The notes under the pieces were generated by a model, which did no database searches, was not told where the DNA came from, and saw only the letters and a list, made by a program, of their open reading frames with translations. A DNA stretch of 64,000 bases from Emiliania huxleyi CCMP1516 (lineage: Eukaryota). The stretch is taken from the NCBI RefSeq assembly GCF_000372725.1, contig NW_005202303.1, positions 310,001 to 374,000 of the forward strand, read 5' to 3'. Shown here piece after piece: positions 26,387-37,547 of this stretch. Position 1 is the first letter of the stretch; every line of letters starts with the position of its first letter. The translations under genes were made by a program, and so were the position numbers.

Positions 26387-28086
26387 TCACCTAAAGGTGC
26401 CCGCCGTCGAGTGGTGGGACGCGGCGCTGCTGCGGGGCGGCGCGGCGGGCGGCTACGCCGAGGCGGGGGACGCCCCTCGAGGACCGCCCTGGCTAGCTCT
26501 GCGTTGACGACGGACCGCCCGCGCCTCCAGGACGGCGTGCTCCTCGAGCACATCACGCACTACGTCGAGCATCCGGTGCCGGTGGATCCGCCTGCCGAGC
26601 CGCCGCCGCCGCCGCCGATGCCGCTGCCACTCACCAAGAAGGCGCGGAGGCAGCCGCGCGCGCACACCGCGCATGAGCAGTGAGTGAGTAGTAGCGCATG
26701 AGTAGTGAGTGAGGCGCTGCTTGGTTCCGGTTCGCAGGAGAGGAAGAAGCTGCGCACGCAGCGGCGGCTCGCCGCGGAGAAGGAGAAGCAGGACCAGATT
26801 CGGTGCGGCTTGATGGCGCCTCCGCCGCCGAAGATCAAGATCTCCAACCTGATGCAAGCGATGAAGAACGAGGCGGTGGCGGACCCGTCCGCCCTCGAGG
26901 CCAAGGTGCGCGCCGAGAGGGCGGCGGCCGTGAAGGACTGGTGAGCGCCTCCGCCTGATCGCCCGAGTCCACAACCCCTCGCAGGTGCGCGCCGAGATGG
27001 CGCAGCGCGTCAAGAACCACGAGGAGCGGAGCGTGCGCGCGAGCCGACGGCCTGTGGACGGCGCCTCTTCACAGCTCGCCGTGTGAACAGGAGCGCAACC
27101 TCGCGCGCAAGCTGACGCCCGCGCAGCGCCGCGAGAAGAAGCGGCGGAAGATGCTCAACGACCCGAGCGGCGGAGGGACGCCGGTGACGCTCTACCGCAT
27201 CCACACGGTGCCGAACAAGCAGAAGCTGTACAAGATCGACATCAACGCGCAGCAGAACCACCTCACCGGCGTGGCCGCCGCGCAGTCCACAAGCGGCCGC
27301 GAGATCCGCCGAGATCCGCGAGGCTCCGCGAGACCGTAGGCTTGATGCTGCTCGCTGACGAGTGCAACCTTGTGGTCGTCGAAGGCGGGGAGATAGGAGG
27401 GAGATAGGAGATGTTAGCAACCTGGTGGTCGTCGAAGGCGGAGTCGCTCTTACGCTATTAGCCTCACCTTGGGACCTGACTCACCCTCCGCGGACCCACA
27501 CCTCCTCGCCGATGTGAAGCGTGCGACGAGCGGAGAGTGCTGCTCCCTCGTGTCGCTAGGCGGACCGAAGGCGCAGCGGCGCTACCGCAAGCTGCTGCTG
27601 CACCGCATCGATTGGACCGACTTTGGCGCGGCGGACGACGACGACGACGAGGACGACGAGGAGGAGGCGCGGCGGCGCGCACAGTCGGAGGTGCGCAGGG
27701 CCAAGCCTCCTACCCTTCCGAACTGCTCCTCCCTCCTCCTCCGCCCTCCTCCTCCTCCCTCCTCCTCCTCCCACACCTCCCCCCCCCTGCCCGTCTTCGA
27801 GGGCCGCTCCTCCCCCCACCTCCGACCCCTTCCCCGCCCCGTCGCCCGCAGGTGTGCCAGGTGGTGTGGGAGGGGCTCGTCGTTAAGCCGCAGTTCAAGA
27901 ACTTTCGCGTCGAGGCGGCGCGCTCGAGCGAGGGTGCGCGAGATGCGGATCTCGGCTCAATCTCGGCGGATCTCGGCGGATCTCGGCGGATCTCGCCCCC
28001 CAGGCGCGCGCAAGATGCTCGCGGAGCGTGGCTGCGCGCACTACTGGGACATGGCGCGCACCAACGGCGCGGAGGGGGTGCCCGAG

Positions 28087-28122
<36 letters not shown>

Positions 28123-28239
28123 GCGGGCTCGTCGGACGAGGGAGAGGGCGAGGGCGAGGAGGAGCGAGGGGCGGGCGCGGCGGGGAGCGGCGCCGCCGAG
28201 GGCGACGCGGCGCGCGACGACATGGAGACCGAGGGGTAG
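25391..28239 (+). CDS. PRP3: U4/U6 snRNP protein Prp3, multi-exon
   Basis: NPYFDPRM; VPAVEWWD; ITHYVEHPVP; LTKK/ERKKLRTQRR...KIKISNLM; KIDINAQQNHLTG; VVVEG/GPKAQRRYRKLLLHRIDW; VWEG; HYWDMA. Confidence 0.95.
26322..26390 (+). repeat. (CCCTCA)n intronic hexamer repeat
   Basis: Seen directly. Larger degenerate arrays lie at 49585-49930 and 50090-50280. Confidence 0.95.
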
Positions 28240-28855
28240 CTGCTGGCGCGCGGTGGGTTGCCGATTGCGCAGGGGGATGCCGCGGACCGCAGGAGTCCTG
28301 GGCTCCCACTCCCGTCCCTTTTGCTATCCCTCTCTCCCGCGCCGCGTGGTTGTCCCCTTTACTTTGCGTTGCAGCCACGTCGTCACGCACACCGGTGACA
28401 CTTGGGGAAGCTTATGGTTTAGTGCTTTCATGATGCTGTATGCGCGCGGATCGCGCGACCGCGTCACCGCGCGCGCAGCTCCGCAGGCGACGCAGGTGGG
28501 GTGCTGCTCCCCGGATGGCTCAGCGTATATATCCAAAAAAGCCGACGGCTTTTTACCGAAACCGATACCGTCAGCGTGTGCGGTGTGCGCGCCCGCGCGC
28601 CGCGGAGCGCGGTGTAAAAGTGTGTGTGTATCTCAGTCTTGCGCCGACGCTCTCGCGCCGGTCCCTACTCGGCTCTCTCACGCCGATGCCGTCTCTTCCC
28701 GTCACGGCGTCGGCGAGGGCAGGCCATAAAAGGCGAGGAGGTCGTTGCCGCAAACACATTCGAGCGTCCCCCCCCGTCCGCAGGGCCTCGTCTCACGTAT
28801 GACTGCAGAGCTGAGGTGCAGAGGCCGACTAGAAGTTTCCCTGCTCAGCCTCAGC

Positions 28856-29808
28856 TCAGCCGCGACCCCTCCCCTTCCTCCCCTTCTTGCCCTTGCCCTT
28901 TCTACCCTTGTCGGCCTCTGGATCGTCGTCAGCAGCGCCGCTCGCCTCGCCACTCTCCGTCGCCGCCCCCGCCAGAGCCTCCGCCGTCTCGTCGCCGCCT
29001 TTGGAACCGCCCCGTGATTTCCCGCCCGCCATCGTTGGCGCAGCCTCCTCACTGGTGGATGTAGTGCCATCGGCGGCCTTGATGGGAGGTGCACGTGGGA
29101 GTCAGCTAGAGCCCCTCCCCTCTCCCTTCTCTCCCTCTCTTCAACTCACCTTGGCCTTCACTAGCCTGCTCAGCCTTGCCGCCTCGGCTCTCGCCTGGTT
29201 TGCCGCTCGCAGGGCCTGCAAACACAATTTTGGGTACGAGAGGGCATGAAAATCGGCTCGACCGCCAATCTCCTCAACCTGTAGGCCCGCCGCAACGTCC
29301 TTCTTGACGTCTGCCGCAAGTTGGTCCAGGGCCGCGCCGCCTGACGTGCTGTTGAACAGCTCGAGGCTGCGCAGAAGGCAAAGGGTCGAGTTAGGACACT
29401 ACGGATAAGAGGCATGCTGCACTGTCGCAAGACTATGTCGCGCCTCCCGCCGAGGCGTCTTAGCTGGTGGAGCATGGCTCTTATCTGCTCCGCTTCCCGT
29501 GCCGCATGCCGCTCCCGTATCCGCTCGTGTGTATCAGCCTGATCCACAAGGGTTCTGAGCGAGCGGTTCGAGCTTCCCAGTTTCTCGCCAATACGGCTGA
29601 TGCGTCGCTCGTGCCGCTGCAGCGTCTCGCCCTGCGTGGACATTGTCGCTGATATGCTCTGCAGCTCGGAATGAAGCACGATGGCGGCGGCGGCGCCAAT
29701 CGCAGTCAGCAAAACGGTGGCCAACGCCACAGCTTTGACTGACCTGGAGTCTGTTGCGGCGGGCGGCTTCGGATTGAGTCGCGGCTCGATCGGTGGTTGG
29801 GTTGGCAT
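28856..29808 (-). CDS. Multi-exon single-TM coiled-coil protein with a Lys/Gly-rich tail
   Basis: MPTQPPIEPR...VALATVLLTAIGAAAAIVL (TM), then coiled coil. Later exons read LELFNSTSGG..., ALRAANQAR... and ...KGRKGKGKKGRKGRGRG*. Confidence 0.5.
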
Positions 29809-29921
29809 GTGTATGGTGCTCTGCCCACGCCCCCCGGCAGTGTCTGCCACGCCGGCAAACTTGGCGGTTTGCGCGGTATCTACAGGTTGGGGTTTCAACG
29901 CGTTTGGTCATCCGTGTACGT

Positions 29922-31387
29922 ACTTTTAGCTTACTGGGAGAAAAGAGAGAGGGGGTTGTGTTCTCTAGGCCCCTAGGGGCCCTACGCGCGGCGTGAGAGC
30001 TCGGAAGCGAGCTTAGCACGGCGATCGAGGATGGCACGGTTCACCCCCTTCACCGAAGCGATGGAGATGCGTTCCGCGTGGTGTGACACAAATGAGAGGC
30101 GGGAGTGGGGAGGGTACGCGGTGCGGTCAACGCCCGAGCGTTGAGCCTTGCGCGCAAGGCGGTTGATCTTTGCAACTGCAGGCGGCGAGAAGCCGCCGCC
30201 GAATGTCTCGTGGAGAAGCAGGTTGAACTTGTTTCGTTTGCCGAAGATCCCGTCATGGTAGTGGCCACGCTGCGACTTGACGTAGCCTTGGCCGGTGGTG
30301 TGGTCGAACGCACGTTGACCACGGAACCCGCGTTGCTTGCAGCCCATGTTTGCAAGGCGGGCGCGCTCTTCGGTGTTGCCGAAGGCGAACTTGTCTCCAA
30401 CGGAGCCGGGGTTGCCTCCGGTGTCGGCGCGGCCGACCCCAACGGGCAAGCCACCCCGGAGGGGGGTCCAAAGTTTGACCTCACTGATCTCGTCTTTGCC
30501 CCCGGGAGCCGCGCCCGGCTCAGCCAGGTCGGTTTTGTAGCCCTCGTTGAACTGTTTGGTGAGCTCAGGTTTTTCGGCATCTCCCATAACGGGCCGGGAG
30601 ATGGAGACGGCGGCGACACAATCGTACCAGGCGCGAAGTACGCCGTCGTGTGGGCGCCGCCGGGCGGCGTTGTTGAGGAACCAGTCGCCATGGTAGTCCT
30701 TTGCACCACCGACTGTGTCCCCAAGCTCGAGTGCCCGCGTGACAGTCGAGCGGCACTGCGAGAGGTGAAGACCGTTTCGGCGCTGAAGTTCGCCGATGAA
30801 TATGTCGTCTGGAATGGTTGTGGCGTTGCTGCCGTCAAGTTTGGTGTCGAGCCACCGCCCCGCGTAAGGCTGCGAAGTTGAGACGTAGCGGATGGACTCG
30901 CGGTAACGTATCTTGGTGTCGCCGGGCTGCCAGTTGGCTGCTGTGTAGTCGTCAAGGGCGCGCCACTCCTTCTGCAGATCGAACCAGTTCCAGATAGTCT
31001 CGATGGCAGCAAGCGCCCGCGCGTACGGGCTTCCTGATTTGCAAGTGCCATCGATGACTGACTCCGGTGTTGGAAGAGACTCAGAAGTGGGGAGGCTGAC
31101 GCCCTTGGGGTAGAACTCAGAGATTTTGCCGCCGCGCAAGGTGTAGTAGATGTTGTCGTCGCGCGCGGCTCGGATGGAGGCCACCTCGTCTCGCCTCGAG
31201 AGCGCGGCTCTGTACGAGTTGACGGCGGCGTCCCGTGCGCCGTACCCGCCGCAGCGCTCGGCTTCGGCGAGGTCTGGGCTGCAGGCCACAAGCTTTGACC
31301 AGCATTTGAGGAGGGAGTTGTGGTAGGCTTCGGCCGGGCCGCGTACGCCCGTGCGGCCCTCCCCCGTGTCGTTAAGCTCTCTCTCTC
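29922..31387 (-). mobile_element. 5'-truncated RLE (CRE-like) non-LTR retrotransposon, subfamily B
   Basis: 435-aa ORF 29982-31289 collinear with subfamily A (RRPHDGV, EKPELTKQFNEGYK.DLAEP, EVKLWTPL, AFGNTEE, LLLHETFGGGFSP). 11-bp TSD TCCGTGTACGT at 29911-29921 and 31388-31398. Confidence 0.85.
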
Positions 31388-31955
31388 TCCGTGTACGTTC
31401 GTCATCGAATGAGTGAGGAGTCTCGACAGACTAGTGTGGACCTGCGGCGGTACCCGTCTCTGTTGTTCGGGCAGTGAGAGACGCAGGATCTGCACGCCAA
31501 AGTGGGCCACTCATTTGCATTTTGGTTTTGGGTTGGTCGGAGATCATCCATCAGCACTCATGTCTCATCAGTCAGTCACGTCAGTCAAAGCAGTCGTGGC
31601 ACGTGGAGCAGTCGCTGCATGCAACGGCGCCGCCACACGCTCCGGACGACCCCGACAACCGACACACCACGCACAATGGGAGGCTATCGCGCACGATCGG
31701 GCATCGCGCCGCAAACAACTCGCCGCACAGATGGGGGGGAGGCAGAATCCCACACACACCGGAGCAGCACAGACACCTTACACGTCAGCGCTCGCTCGAT
31801 GTGGCCGGCGCTCTCCCCTCGGTCCTATCTCGCCTTTTCAACGGCGGCGTGCGGCCACGCGCCGCGCCGAGCCGGTCTCGGCGGGAGACCTCGGAGCCGC
31901 ACGCGATGCGGGCATGCGCGATGGCTCCGTTGGCTCCGTGCCTAAGGCAGATCGA

Positions 31956-32662
31956 TTAGGGTGTGAGCTGCGGCAGCCACCGTTTCTGTACCCGCTCGAT
32001 CACGTGCAGGCCGTCGGAGGCCGCGCTGGATGGCCCAGGGCCGGCGGCGGTGAAGGCGTCCGTCGATGAAGGGATGTCGTCGAGGGAGCCATCGTCCTCC
32101 GTGGCTGGTGCACCGGTCCAGTTGTCGGAGTTCGAGATCGCCGTCGAATTGGAGAGTGTGTTCGGCCCGTTGACGAACTCACGGAATGTGAGCGACTTGG
32201 TGCACGCTGGGTCGAGCATCATGACTCGCACCTCATCCTGGGCGAGGAACTCGCCCAGGGACCAGCTGTTGGCGTCGCCGTTTTGATCGAGCTGCATCCA
32301 CTGCATGGTTTCGTAGTCAAGCGTAAACGCCCAGGAGTTGGTGCCTGGGTGACTTGCTGATGAGAGCGCCTTCCAGGCGGGTAGTCGTGCCCCTCACCTA
32401 CGGTCATACGGCGGCGTCAGAGGGGGGGAAGGGGCGCGAAGCGTGAACATGGAGGCAAGCAGGTGGTGGGCTGCACCTGGCCAAAGCCGGCGACCTCGAA
32501 GTTGTCGTAGCTTGTGCGGATATCGCTGAGCGTGAGAGGGACCGGATCGGCAACAGCATGGGCGGCCGCGTCAGCGGCCGGAGAGGCCGGAGAGCCATCC
32601 GACGGAGGCCGGTCGTGCATCGGCGCGTCAGCCGCAGGGGCCGGGGGGGCGGCGGCATCCAT
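31956..32662 (-). CDS. Small multi-exon hypothetical protein; 3' end uncertain
   Basis: Same-strand ORFs 32417-32662 (MDAAAPPAP...YDNFEVAGFGQ) and 31956-32306 (LDQNGDANSWSLGEFL...) with coding-like GC3. Confidence 0.4.
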
Positions 32663-33155
32663 CGCTGCGGGTCGCTGCGGGCCGACGATTGTGGACGGAG
32701 GCCGACTGAAGCTGGGACGTTCTACGGTTAAACCAAGAGCGTCGGCGCGGACACGAGAGACTTATAAGGGTAGAAATGTTAGAAAAATACAAACCGCAGT
32801 GACGAAATCAATAGCCCCCCCCCCCCCCCCCTCCACACACAGTAACTCCGGCTGCGGCGTCCTCCGGCGTGCCCGCACAGAGCTGCGTGGACGTACAACA
32901 CCACAGAGCTCCCCTAATCCGTCTCGCGCGTGATCGCGAAGCGCAGCACGCACGCTCTAGCGAAAGCGAGAGAGGGAGTGTGTGAACGCGAGAGGGAGAA
33001 AAGAAAGGAGAATGTCAGGAAAAGGTCGCTTCGACACACATAAATGGCTCGAGATATATCTCTTCACTACCTGTTTTGCATCGAACGTGTCTCCCCGCAC
33101 GGGCCGAAGCACGCTCCACACCAAGCCCATGTCCCGAATCCAGCCTTGGTTTGGC

Positions 33156-34940
33156 ATGGCATTCGCTGCCCGCAAGCGCGCCCGCACCGCCGGCGAGGAC
33201 GGCGGATCGGAGAACGAGGCTGTGGCGGTCGCGGATGGCTTCGAGGCGCCCCTCTTTGGCGCGCGCGTCGTCGGCCAGGTCACCACGCTGCCGCTCGAGG
33301 GCGAGGACGGCCCTCTGGCAGCGCTCGAGGTGAATGGCGTCGTGAGCGATCGCGCAGGCGGCTGGTACGTCACCACTGCTGACTCAGTGCTGCACGTCTC
33401 TGCGGCCGGGCGCGTGCGCAGCGTGGCAACCCTGGAAGGCGCCGGCCTCCGCGGCATCGCCATTAGCCCGGACGGCAGCGCGCTGTTTGTGGTAGACATG
33501 TTCAACGACAAAATCCGGCGGGTGGAGGTGACGACGTGCGCGGTGACCACGCTTGCGGGCAGCGGCGAGACCGGCAGCGCTGACGACGTGGGCGGCGCGG
33601 CGCGGTTCAGTTGCCCATACGACGTCGCCATCAGCCGCGACGGCAGCGCTCTGTTTGTTGCGGACCTTGACAACCACAAGATCCGGCGCGTGGAGGTGGC
33701 GACGGGCGCTGTGACGACGGTGGCGGGCAGTACCGTCGGTAGCGCTGATGGCGTGGCCGGCGCAGCGCAGTTCCACAACCCAAGCGGCGTCGCCATCAGC
33801 CCGGACGGAAGCGCGCTGTTTGTGGCGGACTACTTCAGCCACAAGATCCGGCGGGTCGAGGTGACGACGTGCGCGGTGACCACGCTTGCGGGCAGTGGCA
33901 TTAGCGGCGGCGCTGATGGCGTGGGCGGCGCGGCGCAGTTCTACTTCCCATTCGGCGTCGCCATCAGCGCCGACGGCGGCGCGCTGTTTGTTTCGGACTT
34001 CGGCAACCAGCAGATCCGGCGGGTGGAGGTGGCGACTGGCGCTGTGACCACGGTCGCTGGCAGCGGCACCGAGGGAAGCGCTGATGGCGTGGGCGGCGCA
34101 GCGCAGTTCAAGTACCCAAGCGACATCGCCCTCAGCACCGACGGCAGCGCTATTCTGGTTTGCACAGACGACTCCCTCCGCCAGGTCTGCGTGTCGGCGC
34201 CTCCTCCGCCTCCCTCCTTCGCGCCGATTGTGGTGTCGCCCTCGACCCTCGTGGCCGACCTCGCAAAGATGTGGGGCGATGCGACTTTCCCCCAGGGGAT
34301 GGTCACTTTCCTGGTCGGCGACGACCAGCAGCGCCTCGAGAGCGTCACAAAGGCCATCCTCTGCATTCGGTCGGTATTCTTTCGGACCATGTTCGGCATC
34401 GGCATGAAGGAGCGCGACGCCGGCGAGGTCACGGTGCGCAACACCGACCTCGCTACCTTCACCGCCCTCGTCCGCTACCTCTGCACCGACCAGCTCGACC
34501 TCGGCGAGGAGGGGGGCGGCAGGGCGCAGCGCGCGCTCGACCTGCGGCAGCTGGCGCAGATGTACCAGGTGCCGCGCCTCGAGCTGCTCTGCGCGCAGGC
34601 GCTGCAGGAGAGCGTCGGGCCGGCGAGCGCCGTGCCGCTGCTCGAGGCGGCGCACGCGACGGGCGACGGGCGGCTCCTCGCGCAGTGCCGCCGCTACGTG
34701 GCCGACAACGCCGCCGAGGTGCGGGCGAGCGGTGGCGTGGAGCAGCTGCGCGACCTCGGCGTGGCCAAGGGGCTGCTCGGCGACGCGCTCGACCAGGTGG
34801 CGGAGCTGAAGGGGACGGTGGCGGCGCGCGACGCGGACCTCGAGAAGGTCCGGGCGGATCTCGCAAGTACGTCAGTTCGCACGCACTCTCTTCACTGCCT
34901 GTTTCGCATCGAAAAGTGTACCCCTCGATTGGCCTTTTAG
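33156..34940 (+). CDS. NHL-repeat beta-propeller + BTB/POZ protein
   Basis: Four GxAISxDGSALFVxD..NxKIRRVEVxTxAVTTxAGSG..GSADG.G.AAQF repeats, then VTFLVG...KAILCIRSVFFRTMF..GMKE...F.ALVRYLCTD..LAQMYQVPRLELLC. Confidence 0.9.
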   Translation: MAFAARKRARTAGEDGGSENEAVAVADGFEAPLFGARVVGQVTTLPLEGEDGPLAALEVNGVVSDRAGGWYVTTADSVLHVSAAGRVRSVATLEGAGLRGIAISPDGSALFVVDMFNDKIRRVEVTTCAVTTLAGSGETGSADDVGGAARFSCPYDVAISRDGSALFVADLDNHKIRRVEVATGAVTTVAGSTVGSADGVAGAAQFHNPSGVAISPDGSALFVADYFSHKIRRVEVTTCAVTTLAGSGISGGADGVGGAAQFYFPFGVAISADGGALFVSDFGNQQIRRVEVATGAVTTVAGSGTEGSADGVGGAAQFKYPSDIALSTDGSAILVCTDDSLRQVCVSAPPPPPSFAPIVVSPSTLVADLAKMWGDATFPQGMVTFLVGDDQQRLESVTKAILCIRSVFFRTMFGIGMKERDAGEVTVRNTDLATFTALVRYLCTDQLDLGEEGGGRAQRALDLRQLAQMYQVPRLELLCAQALQESVGPASAVPLLEAAHATGDGRLLAQCRRYVADNAAEVRASGGVEQLRDLGVAKGLLGDALDQVAELKGTVAARDADLEKVRADLASTSVRTHSLHCLFRIEKCTPRLAF

Positions 34941-35509
34941 CACAGGTTTCGATCCGGGCCACCGCAAATTTTGATCAGCAAATTTCGAGGGGCGGCCGCA
35001 AATTTTGAGGTACATTTTGATTGTCAAAACGCGTCCGTCTTGCCGCAGGATAAAGCAACACCCACACGCGACACCCCACCACTCAACTGGACGCGTTCAC
35101 TTCCCCAGACACGGCTTCTTACGCCGCGCGGGGGCGGGCGCACAGCCGTCCTCAAAAAGGCCATCGCATTGCGCTCTCCCGCGACCGACCGCGCGCACCT
35201 CCCGGCTCTGGCGCCGATCACTTCTAGTGCAGGCGGCCGCCGGATGACGCTGCTCTTTGATGGCGAGCATGAACGGCCTGCGTTCCTGCTCGAAGACCCG
35301 TCTCAGGCGCCTAGTTGTCTGGTGCCTAGTTGTCCTCCTTCTTCTTGGCCAGGTTGAGCGCGCGACGGGCCCGCGACGATGCCTTGGCCGGCGCAATGCT
35401 CTCATCGCGCGCTGCCCGGTCCACCGAGCCCGGTAGAGGCCACCGGAAACGGGAGACTATACGCGGCACCGCGCTCGTCGTGCCCCGGGGCGTCTTGCTG
35501 GGAGAGGAG

Positions 35510-35910
35510 GCTGGCGCCCTGAGGCGGCATTTGGTGGCGTGGGGAGTGCGGAACGCTACTGGCGGCGTGACAGGGCCTCTCTCGGCTGCGTGTGCCGCCC
35601 ATCGGCACGCGGGTGCGCAGACACCGCGCGACTCAGCCCGCTCGCTCGACCCTTTTGCCGCGAGAGGGCGCCGGCCGCGTGTAAGAGGTGGCTGGCGCCC
35701 TGAGGCGGCATTTGGTGGCGTGGGGAGTGCGGAACGCTACTGGCGGCGTGACAGGGCCTCTCTCGGTTGCGTGTGCCGCCCATCGGCACGCGGGTGCGCA
35801 GACACCGCGCGACTCTGCCCGCTCGCTCGACCCTTTTGCCGCGAGAGGGCGCCGGGGCCGCGTGTAAGAGGTGGCTGGCGCCCTGAGCCCTGAGGCGGCA
35901 TTTGGTGGGG
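35510..35910 (+). repeat. Tandem minisatellite, unit about 181 bp, about 2.2 copies
   Basis: GGCTGGCGCCCTGAG..GCGGCATTTGGTGG recurs at about 35510, 35690 and 35873 with near-identical spacers. Confidence 0.9.
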
Positions 35911-36140
35911 TCAGCGTGCGATGCTGAGTCTTACCTGTCGGCGCTGGGCCAGATCCCAGCGCAGAACTCTGCAACGCTGGCATACAGACACAACAAGACT
36001 AACCCCAACCCCAACCAACCTGGTTTGTGGAGCGGTCCCACACAACTTACCCCAGGTCATGCAAATAAAATCTGAGATTTATTCGAGGGTGTCTCTCTCT
36101 CTCAGGGTGTATCGTCGATGTCCCAAAAGTCGGTGTGCCC

Positions 36141-36432
36141 AACGACACGGGTGGGGGCCGCACGGGCGTGCGCGGCCCCGCCGAGGCCTACTACATCTCC
36201 CTCCTCAAATGCTGGTCAAAGCTTGTGGCCTGCAGCCCGGACCTCGCCGAAGCCGAGCGCTCCGGCGGGTACGGTGCACGAGACGCCGCCGTCAACGCTT
36301 ACAGAGCCGCGCTCTCGAGGCGAGACGAGGTGGCCTCCATCCGAGCCGCGCGCGACGACAACATCTACTACACCTTGCGCGGCGGCAAGATCTCTGAGTT
36401 CTACCCCAAGGGCGTCAGCCTCCCCACTTCTG
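36141..36432 (+). mobile_element. Internal ~290-bp fragment of the subfamily B retroelement
   Basis: Closely matches the reverse complement of about 31083-31374. Encodes SLLKCWSKLVACSPDLAEAER...YYTLRGGKISEFYPKGVSLPTS. Confidence 0.85.
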
Positions 36433-37547
36433 CCCCTCACCCTCCGACTCCGCCGCAGGACCGGTCTGGCGACCCGGGACGACCGCCTAGAGCAGCATCA
36501 TCGACCATCCCGACCCCGTGGGGGCCGGGGCGGGCCAGCCAGGCGTGAGAGCGCCCCTCCCCCCCTCTCGCGGCGCGTCCCCTCCTTCCTCCCCGCACCC
36601 CGCCACCCGGCTCGCCGCCCCGTCGCCGTCGCGAGTCAGCCCTCGGCCAGGTACTGCCAAAGGCGGCCGCAAGCAGCGCCATCGCTACCAGCGCCACCGT
36701 GCTGGCGCTGGTGAGCTCTGCGGCCCGTGTAGCGGCCCCTTAGCCCGTCGCCCGGGCACATGGCGCCCTCACACCGCTCCTCGCCTCCGTCTCGCAGGCC
36801 AAAATCGTCGACATCGCGTCGGCACTCTCGACGGCGCGCCTGGGCTCGGAGAGGGCGGCCTGGGCGGTGCGGGGTGGCTGGGCTGCCCCCCTCCCGCGGT
36901 GCGCCAAGCCTCGGGGGTCGGGGAGACCATCTCGGGTCGCTGAGGGGGCGGGTCGGACGCCCGATCCGGCTGCTGGCCGGAGGACGTCGCCGGTTCCGCG
37001 ATTTTGGGCGCCCCAGTCGCCTCCAGCCGGGCCGAGCGGCGCCAGCTGGTAGCTGGGGCCGCAGGGCGGTCGGGCCGACACCGTGTGCTAGTCGGGGTGG
37101 GTTGTCTAGGGGTGTAAAGGTCGGTAGAGTGTCCGTTTGTGGCCTCCGGACGGGCTCTGGCCGGGAGCCCGCCGGGCCGGCTGAGGCTGTGTGTCCGTCC
37201 ACTGTGGACCCAGTGATGGCCTAGGAGCCCTGCACGGACGGTGTTTATGCTATATAACACCTAGGGACCGCGTGGGGTGGGCGGCGAGCCGCGCATCGGC
37301 CGACAATGTGCCGGTGTACGCGTTTCGGTCACACTCAGGGCCCGTTTTGCATGACCTGCCCCCGCTTAGCGAGGCCGGACCAGAGACCTGAGTCATGCGC
37401 GCTCGCCCGGTTTTTCGAAGTGAGTTTTCTCCACAATTCCAGAGCACAGACCGCTCGCCCCCGACACACGGCGCAATGCTGAGTAAGTACCTTACCGCGG
37501 CGGGCTCCACACACTACTCGGCCGAGACGACCTCTCAAGCTCCATCC

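Noticed and set aside
33384..34655. Long antisense and alternate-frame ORFs, here and throughout the window
   Set aside because: Shadow ORFs caused by high GC and stop-codon scarcity opposite real genes.
36440..37500. Possible gene or structured RNA
   Set aside because: No consistent frame and no recognisable tRNA, snRNA or rRNA motif.
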